Source: a virus
DNA length: 64,000 bases
IMG/VR virus record: IMGVR_UViG_3300013286_000725
Coordinates: 1-64,000 of that record
Strand: one strand, 5' to 3'
Each line of letters starts with the position of its first letter. The first letter of the stretch is position 1. Below are positions 57,445 to 64,000 of the stretch, one piece after another. The position numbers and the translations under genes are program-made. The notes under the pieces are model-generated. The model was given only the letters and a program-made list of their open reading frames with translations. It was not told where the DNA came from and searched no databases.

Positions 57445-58614
57445 ATGTCACATTTAGATCCCGTAATTGATAAAATTATTATAGCTCGTGTGGGCCTGCT
57501 ACTGCGCCATCCATTCTTTGGTAATATGGCAACCCGTCTTAAAATTGTAGACGGTTCTGATTGGCTTACTACTGCGGCAACTGATGGTCGACATTTGTTT
57601 TACAGCCGTCCTTTCTTTGAAAAACTCACAGTCAAACAGGTAGAGTTTGTTGTTGCACACGAAATTCTGCATAATGTGTTTGAGCATATGCTTCGTGTGG
57701 AAGGCCGTGATCGTGCAATTTGGAATGCCGCGGCAGACTACAGTGTCAACGGCACATTGGTTCGTGACCGTATTGGTGAAGTGCCGCCAGATATCAAAAT
57801 CTATCACGATACCAAACACTACGGCAAAAGTACAGAACAAGTGTACGACGAGATCTACGAGGACGAGGACGAGAAATCGTTGCAAGCTCTGGGTCAATTG
57901 CTGGACGATCACATTGATTGGGAGAAGGACGGTAAAGACGGACAGCCTAAGTACAGCAAAGAAGAGCTCAAACAAATTCGTGATGAGATCAAAGAAGCTA
58001 CCATTGCGGCGGCACAGGCAGCTGGAGCAGGTAATACACCTGCAGAAATCCAACGCATGATCAAAGATCTTACTGAGCCTAAAATGAATTGGCGCGAGAT
58101 CCTGCGTCAGCAAATTCAAAGTACAATTAAGAATGACTATACATTTATGCGTCCTAACCGTAAGGGCTGGCACATGAACGCTATTCTTCCAGGTACTAAC
58201 TATGACGAGACCATTGATATTTGTGTAGCCATTGACATGTCAGGATCAATTAGCGATAGTCAAGCTAAAGACTTTATCAGTGAGATTAAAGGCATTATGG
58301 ACGAGTACAAAGAGTACAAGATCAAAGTATGGTGCTTTGATACTAAAGTCTACAATGAACAAGACTATGACAGCTACGGCGAAGATATTTCAGACTACGA
58401 AGTTATGGGTGGTGGTGGCACTGAATTTGATGCCAACTGGGATTACATGAAGAAACATGATATTCAACCTAAGAAGTTTATCATGTTTACAGACGGTTAT
58501 CCCTGGGGCTCATGGGGTGATGAAAACTACTGTGATACAGTGTTCATTATCCATGGCAACGACAAAATTGTTCCACCGTTTGGTACTCATGCCTATTACG
58601 AAGAAGCCAAGTAA
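57445..58614 (+). CDS. Metallopeptidase-like plus VWA domain protein (MoxR partner)
   Basis: AATDG, AHEILH, MIDAS DMSGS, GGGTEF, FTDG. Confidence 0.85.
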   Translation: MSHLDPVIDKIIIARVGLLLRHPFFGNMATRLKIVDGSDWLTTAATDGRHLFYSRPFFEKLTVKQVEFVVAHEILHNVFEHMLRVEGRDRAIWNAAADYSVNGTLVRDRIGEVPPDIKIYHDTKHYGKSTEQVYDEIYEDEDEKSLQALGQLLDDHIDWEKDGKDGQPKYSKEELKQIRDEIKEATIAAAQAAGAGNTPAEIQRMIKDLTEPKMNWREILRQQIQSTIKNDYTFMRPNRKGWHMNAILPGTNYDETIDICVAIDMSGSISDSQAKDFISEIKGIMDEYKEYKIKVWCFDTKVYNEQDYDSYGEDISDYEVMGGGGTEFDANWDYMKKHDIQPKKFIMFTDGYPWGSWGDENYCDTVFIIHGNDKIVPPFGTHAYYEEAK

Positions 58615-58892
58615 TGGCTCTTAAGAACGGTAAGGTAAACGCTCTTAATGCGCTGGATTTGAGAAAGGTTTCTTTTCCAGCGCATCATTTTCACTATGCA
58701 CTATTAGACAAGTATAGTCCTTCATACTTAAAACAGATAGATACATGGATTTACCATAATCTTAATAGTCGCTACTACGCAGGACAAGCTATTGATCTAA
58801 TAGACAATACTATTGTTTTTGTAACAAAAATTGGATTTGAACAAGAAAAAGAACTTAGTTTCTTCAAACTTGCGTGTCCACATTTAACATAA
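58614..58892 (+). CDS. Hypothetical protein
   Basis: Coupled ORF ending IGFEQEKELSFFKL. Confidence 0.6.
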   Translation: MALKNGKVNALNALDLRKVSFPAHHFHYALLDKYSPSYLKQIDTWIYHNLNSRYYAGQAIDLIDNTIVFVTKIGFEQEKELSFFKLACPHLT

Positions 58893-58934
58893 CAGATAAT
58901 TAATATACATATATAATTTTTTAAGGAGACTTAT

Positions 58935-59177
58935 ATGGCCGATGAAAATCAACAAACAGCAGAAAACGCACCCGCACAAGACAACGGTGATTTGACAATT
59001 AATGATCTTAACGCAATGAAACAAATCATTGATGTTGCCAGCTCACGCGGAGCCTTTAAACCAGGTGAAATGGTAGCAGTGGGACAGACCTATAACAAAT
59101 TAGCCACATTTTTAGAAAATGTAGCAAAACAATCACAACAAACCGCACCCGCTACAGCGCCTGCTCAAGGAGCATAA
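58935..59177 (+). CDS. Hypothetical protein
   Basis: RBS AAGGAG; IIDVASSRGAFK. Confidence 0.6.
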   Translation: MADENQQTAENAPAQDNGDLTINDLNAMKQIIDVASSRGAFKPGEMVAVGQTYNKLATFLENVAKQSQQTAPATAPAQGA

Positions 59178-59178
59178 T

Positions 59179-59850
59179 ATGTCCGAACTAAAACATGTAG
59201 GCAGGATGAAAAATACAGGGCGTAAATGTCTTGTTGTTTTTCGTACCCTGCCAGGCGATGCATTTAGTTGTTTAATTATTCCAACAGAATCATTGCCCGA
59301 TAGCTATCATGATTCACTTATCAGTCTAGTAGAATCTAATGCCGCTCAATCGACTAACGAATTTAGTGAAGTCTTGGCCCGTGCTGTATTTTCAGACGGA
59401 TCCACTATGTTGCCAACTTTGCATGTCAAAGGTTATTTGAGTAAAGTAGCCACTGACGAAGTAGAGATGACACCTAATAATCAAGCAAGTGTATTGTTAA
59501 GTGATCTTAATCAACTGATTGCAGAACAACAAGGTGTTAGTGTTCAAGATTTGGCTATTAAATCTTCGCAACCTGATCCTAATGTTGAGATTAAAGAAGT
59601 TGCCAGTGCTAAGGATATCAGTCCCAAAACTGGTAATACTGATCCATTAATAGATCAAGTGGAAGACTTTGGTCGCACAACCAGTGCAAGTGTTAATCAA
59701 GAAACGCCAGTTACTAAATTTGATACTCCCGAAGCTGAAGCCAAATACTATCGTAGTCAGGCAGATCGATTGGCCAAGCAGGCAGCAGAAATGCGCCGCA
59801 AAGCCGAAGAAGTCTTTCCTACTAAAAAGAAAACTACTAGCGTATTGTGA
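59179..59850 (+). CDS. Hypothetical protein
   Basis: RBS AAGGAG; 223 aa. Confidence 0.65.
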   Translation: MSELKHVGRMKNTGRKCLVVFRTLPGDAFSCLIIPTESLPDSYHDSLISLVESNAAQSTNEFSEVLARAVFSDGSTMLPTLHVKGYLSKVATDEVEMTPNNQASVLLSDLNQLIAEQQGVSVQDLAIKSSQPDPNVEIKEVASAKDISPKTGNTDPLIDQVEDFGRTTSASVNQETPVTKFDTPEAEAKYYRSQADRLAKQAAEMRRKAEEVFPTKKKTTSVL

Positions 59851-60167
59851 CCCCGGGGAGAGTTTTCCCTAAAGATGTAGTTGAACACTGGCCCGAGGTA
59901 TTTGGGGAAATCACACTCAATGTGATCCCCCTCAAATATCTTGATTCAATTACTGTAACTTTTAAAAATAAAAAGATTTGGGAAATCAAAGTTAGCGACC
60001 AGCAAGCTCAAGAAAATTGGGAATCATTTGAAATGAATCTCAAAGAGATGCTGAGTTCTTACGAAAGTGAGATCGACAATGTTGACTTTAAATTAGATAC
60101 AGAGCGTGTCAAAAAAGACATGATTAAAAATACCAATAATTTTTTACGAAAGAAAAAATTAAAATGA
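59847..60167 (+). CDS. Hypothetical protein
   Basis: GTGA overlap; HWPEVFGEI. Confidence 0.55.
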   Translation: MTPGRVFPKDVVEHWPEVFGEITLNVIPLKYLDSITVTFKNKKIWEIKVSDQQAQENWESFEMNLKEMLSSYESEIDNVDFKLDTERVKKDMIKNTNNFLRKKKLK

Positions 60168-60826
60168 ATGTTAAATTGTTATCCTATTCACAACCAACAG
60201 CTGAATTTGCATCCTTGGGCATTGCAGATGCACAAGAACTCATTGCGTATTGCGCCCGTGTCAGCAATCCCAGCAATCAGCTCAATACAGAAACAAGCGA
60301 AAAACTCATACGATACCTCATCAAACACCAACACTGGAGCCCTCTTGAAATGGTTTCGGCTTGTATTGAAATTACTACTACTAGAGATATTGCTAGACAG
60401 ATACTTCGACATCGTAGTTTCAGCTTTCAAGAGTTCAGTCAACGCTATGCTGATCCAACAAAGGATCTAGACTTTGTTACCCGAGAAGCTAGACTGCAAG
60501 ACACAAAGAATCGACAAAACAGCGTAGAAACATCTGATGCAGAGTTAACTGCTTGGTGGGATGCACAACAAAAGTTTGTGATTGAGAATGTACAAAGAAT
60601 CTATACAGAAGCAATTGAACGAGGCATAGCCAAAGAGCAGGCTCGTGCAGTATTACCGGAAGGACTTATTGAAAGTCGGTTATACATGAACGGTACACTG
60701 CGTAGCTGGATACACTATATTGACTTGCGGTCAGCTAACGGAACACAACTAGAGCATCAAGAAATTGCCCTAGCCTGTGCCAAAGTTATTGCAGAGATAT
60801 TTCCTCTAGCTGACCTTCTAGAATAA
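60164..60826 (+). CDS. thyX: Flavin-dependent thymidylate synthase
   Basis: ARVS, HWSPLE, QILRHRSFSFQEFSQRY, EQARAVLP, QLEH. Confidence 0.95.
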   Translation: MNVKLLSYSQPTAEFASLGIADAQELIAYCARVSNPSNQLNTETSEKLIRYLIKHQHWSPLEMVSACIEITTTRDIARQILRHRSFSFQEFSQRYADPTKDLDFVTREARLQDTKNRQNSVETSDAELTAWWDAQQKFVIENVQRIYTEAIERGIAKEQARAVLPEGLIESRLYMNGTLRSWIHYIDLRSANGTQLEHQEIALACAKVIAEIFPLADLLE

Positions 60827-60845
60827 TCAAATTTATATATGGAAT

Positions 60846-60873
60846 AAAAATAGGCCTCTAAGGCCTATTTTTT
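60846..60873. terminator. Bidirectional intrinsic terminator
   Basis: aaaaataggcct-cta-aggcctattttt between convergent genes. Confidence 0.85.
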
Positions 60874-63800
60874 AATAGCCGTTGCCGGTGGCTTGGTCTT
60901 GTCGCACATTAAGATATAATGGTTTATCACCAATGGCCATTGTAAAGTTACCGTATCCCAGCTGCAGGTTAGTTCTAGCTTGTATAGTATGTGTACCGTT
61001 TTGTAATGATGATAACTGTCGACCATCAACACCGGCAATGGTTCCGCCAGGTGAGGCAAAATCTAATCCAGGGCCATGGCCGTATTTAGCACCATAGTCT
61101 AATGTAACACCGCTAGGATAACCACTTATGGTTACAGTAAATTCTACTACATATGAATAGGCTGTATCTATAGTTTGATATTGATCAAATGTAATTGTTG
61201 GTATATCAGCTGTTACTACCATAAGAGCGCTGGTTTCTTTGCCAGTTGACGGCCATTTTATCCATAGATAATAAGTGCCAGCGGTTGCGCCTTGAAATGC
61301 GTTGGGTTTTTCCCAGGTAGTGTATCCGCTTTGTGGTGGAGGGCCAACAAAACCAGTACCGTCAATATTAAGTGTATACGCTGGCTGGTAGACTGGAACA
61401 GTGTAAGGGGCAGCAATTGCAAATATAAATGTTTCTCCTGGGATTCCGCTGACTCTGATCAATGTTCCAGTACTAGCAGAAAAAGTACTAGGACTTACAT
61501 ATACTGTTTGAGGGTAATTGCTAGTAACAACCGTAGACTCTGCATTACCTGGAAGATTAAACTCAAAAACACTTGAACCGCCACTACCACTTGCTGTCAC
61601 TTGAATTTTGATATGATTACCCAAGGCAGCCGGTAACAATGTTCCATAGACTGCTTGATATCCAGGTCCAAATGTGCCATCGAGACTCACAGTATTGGCC
61701 GGAATTACTACAGTTGTTGCATTAATTGAAGCGTTGGTAATATTGAGATAAAGTACAAAATTATCGCCAACATTGCTATAATTTCCGCCAATACTGTATT
61801 GACTAAAGGTCGGTTTAGGTAGTACAGGTGCTGCTGGCAGGCTAAAATAGAAATATCCAGTTCCAGTCTGACCGTAACTATCAGTCACCGTGATTGTGCC
61901 GGTATACTGCTGGCCGTAGGGCATACTGCCGTCTGTAGTCATTAAGAAATAATGATTGTTATCAGGTATTCCTGTTTTGGGTCTGCCAAGGTAGGTATTT
62001 TGTATTGAGTATTGTGAGAACAGTACATCTGGATATCCGTTCAACACGGCACTGATACTGGTAAGAGCAGTCACTCCGGGTTGTGTTCCGTTAGTAGCGA
62101 CTTTTATTGTGCTTGTATGGAATGTGATTGCATTGGTTGCATTAGGAGTAAGTTGGCTGCTGAAACTGTTAGGTTTTCCTGAGAATGGTGCTTTAAAAAT
62201 CTGAGTGTTGTCTTGTAGACCCACACTGTCTATAGTCAATGCCGGAATAGCCACAGTATAACTCAATGTCAACACTTTGCCATTGGTAAAAGTAGCAGTG
62301 TATTGGTAAAATCCGTCTGCCGAACAAACACCTAAATAGCCGCCAGTTTGGGATCCTATTAGATCAAAACTGATTGCTGAGCCGGCATAAATGCCGGTGG
62401 TTTGAGTACTTAAAGATATAGTCTTTCCACTGCCATATCTGGTATCTTGAGGACTACTAATAACCACATTGGTATTAGGGGCACCTTTAATAGAGAAATT
62501 TATAGGCTGTGCTCGATAAAAGGGACCGCCGTTGGCTGTGCCAACAAAACTACCTAGAGGCAGAACATCTATACCCGGTCCGTCAGTACCCCATGGGTTG
62601 CTGGTAAAAAACTGATAGTCAATGTTTTGAACAGTTACATTAACTGTGTTAGATGTAATTGTTCCTTCGTAGGGGCGATCATACCATAACGATGCTGTTG
62701 CACTAAATGATAATCCGTTGGTATCTCCTGAAGCGGTTGTATATGTAGTGGTGTAAGTTCCAGAACCTGTCATGTCAAGGCCGTTTTGACCATACCCAGT
62801 ACTGCCCAACCCTCTATTGACGCCACCGCTGATTCTGTCTATGCTAAGTGTTAGAGCGTCGGTTACTCCAGTCACAGTAATTGTTAAAACATCCCCTACT
62901 CCAACAGTGCCGCTAGGACTTACTGATATTGTTCCGGGATTGGCTTTAAAGAAAGCCTTTGCCGATATATCCGCCGGAATGGCTGTAACACTATATCCCG
63001 CTACCGATGAAATACTGTTGATGTGGCCGCTCCAAGTAATTCGACGACCAGCTTGGCCGCCAGTGAAAAAGGTAGCACTAGATCCGCCAACAATTTGACC
63101 GTTTGCATTTGCAGTAAATGAAAAAGATGTTGAACCATTACTTACACCCAATGTATCACCGCTGAAAGTACCAGTTCCCGATACTATTGCACCAGGGGGT
63201 AGATTTGCTATTGTAGTTCCAACTTCGTATCCCCATTTTGTTGTTATACTATTTCCTGCTACTGCTGTGGCGCTAGGGCCAAGAGTCCAAACCCATGTTG
63301 GGGTTTTTGCAACTATAGTGTTAGCAGGTACTGTCACTGCACTGCTGTTAAATGATGTATAACCAGTTCTACTGACACTTAATGACACTGTGGTAGCAGG
63401 GTTACCACTAAGCACTTTACCTGTAAAAGTGCCGCTGTTGGCGCCGAAGAAATCAACCCTTGCTTGACTGCCGCTGGTAATGGTGCCGGTGTTGCTAGGT
63501 ACGCTCAACCCTTGTGAGTACGGTGCGGTGCCGAAGGTCCAGCTGATCAAGCTGTTATATGTGTCGCCTAAAATTATAAATCCTTGATAAACTCCTGTTC
63601 CGGCTGTGTTAATAGTAAATGAAACCAAATTGTCAGCACCCACTGTTGGGCCAGTTACTGATATAGTGGGCTTTCCTACGACATTGGTGTAGGTTATTTT
63701 TTGATTTAATGTCAGAGGTGGGCTAGATGCGTCTGTTACATATATACCGTATGACACCGTACCTGTCTGTGTTGGCGTATACGAAAATTGATTAGAGCCA

Positions 63801-64000
63801 CCAGAAGAAAGTGGACCTGTTACACCAACAGGTGTTATAGTTTGAGAAGGTGAGTAAGAATATGGCGGTGTACCCCCACTGGCAGTGAAGATTTCCAAGT
63901 ACGGTGTATCAACGGTGATGGTGGCGGTGATGTTTGTAGGACTTAGTGTCAGGGGCGCCAGAGCCGTTGATACAGTATAAGCCATTGAAGGACTTGTAGC
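60872..64000 (-). CDS. Large Thr/Gly/Ser-rich beta-sandwich fibre/adhesin-like protein, probably 5'-truncated by the window
   Basis: At least 1037 aa; frame stays open upstream of ATG 63985 to the window edge (ATSPS); ASGGTPPY Ig-like motif. Confidence 0.65.
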   Translation of the reverse strand, partial: ATSPSMAYTVSTALAPLTLSPTNITATITVDTPYLEIFTASGGTPPYSYSPSQTITPVGVTGPLSSGGSNQFSYTPTQTGTVSYGIYVTDASSPPLTLNQKITYTNVVGKPTISVTGPTVGADNLVSFTINTAGTGVYQGFIILGDTYNSLISWTFGTAPYSQGLSVPSNTGTITSGSQARVDFFGANSGTFTGKVLSGNPATTVSLSVSRTGYTSFNSSAVTVPANTIVAKTPTWVWTLGPSATAVAGNSITTKWGYEVGTTIANLPPGAIVSGTGTFSGDTLGVSNGSTSFSFTANANGQIVGGSSATFFTGGQAGRRITWSGHINSISSVAGYSVTAIPADISAKAFFKANPGTISVSPSGTVGVGDVLTITVTGVTDALTLSIDRISGGVNRGLGSTGYGQNGLDMTGSGTYTTTYTTASGDTNGLSFSATASLWYDRPYEGTITSNTVNVTVQNIDYQFFTSNPWGTDGPGIDVLPLGSFVGTANGGPFYRAQPINFSIKGAPNTNVVISSPQDTRYGSGKTISLSTQTTGIYAGSAISFDLIGSQTGGYLGVCSADGFYQYTATFTNGKVLTLSYTVAIPALTIDSVGLQDNTQIFKAPFSGKPNSFSSQLTPNATNAITFHTSTIKVATNGTQPGVTALTSISAVLNGYPDVLFSQYSIQNTYLGRPKTGIPDNNHYFLMTTDGSMPYGQQYTGTITVTDSYGQTGTGYFYFSLPAAPVLPKPTFSQYSIGGNYSNVGDNFVLYLNITNASINATTVVIPANTVSLDGTFGPGYQAVYGTLLPAALGNHIKIQVTASGSGGSSVFEFNLPGNAESTVVTSNYPQTVYVSPSTFSASTGTLIRVSGIPGETFIFAIAAPYTVPVYQPAYTLNIDGTGFVGPPPQSGYTTWEKPNAFQGATAGTYYLWIKWPSTGKETSALMVVTADIPTITFDQYQTIDTAYSYVVEFTVTISGYPSGVTLDYGAKYGHGPGLDFASPGGTIAGVDGRQLSSLQNGTHTIQARTNLQLGYGNFTMAIGDKPLYLNVRQDQATGNGY

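Noticed and set aside
586-63098. Many short antisense or alternate-frame ORFs in the track (e.g. 7276-7638, 34528-35064, 57499-58173)
   Set aside because: They lie inside well-supported genes, lack RBS and motifs, and are explained by codon bias on the coding strand
1-64000. Alternative genetic code (stop-codon reassignment)
   Set aside because: Genes are full length and tightly packed under the standard code; TAA, TGA and TAG all end genes

Overview
A 64-kb segment of a large lytic tailed dsDNA phage with T4-superfamily-like traits (family B DNA polymerase, clamp loader, probable sliding clamp, T4-type RNase H, PhoH, ThyX, recurrent TAAATA late-promoter motifs). The standard genetic code fits, gene density is high and nearly all genes are on the + strand. 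A spanin pair implies a Gram-negative host. Layout: 0.3-17 kb tail/baseplate/fibre genes, including a 2862-aa modular protein, with iscA/erpA and a fatty-acid desaturase embedded; 17-22 kb DnaE fragment, GroES, MazG-like protein, nitrilase, clamp loader, dCMP deaminase, PhoH; 23-25 kb spanins and holin-like gene; 25-29 kb DnaJ, peptide deformylase, ClpA; 29.7-39 kb late cluster of probable capsid-packaged, protease-processed proteins plus GH19 endolysin and Dps; 40-53 kb DNA polymerase, clamp and a 7-deazaguanine DNA-modification cluster (DpdA-like, QueD-like, FolE, QueE; no QueC in the window) interleaved with a glycosyltransferase, cupin, PRTase and HIT hydrolase; 53-61 kb RNase H, MoxR/VWA pair, ThyX; and a probably 5'-truncated fibre-like gene on the - strand. 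Best leads: a possibly glycosylated deazaguanine modification pathway, modular head-cargo polyproteins including a ligase-like/nucleotidyltransferase pair, twin operator hairpins before the polymerase, a stranded original 5' end of the glycosyltransferase gene, and an unassigned structured RNA. All family calls come from recognising motifs by eye; no database search was run. No tRNA, rRNA or CRISPR array was seen.
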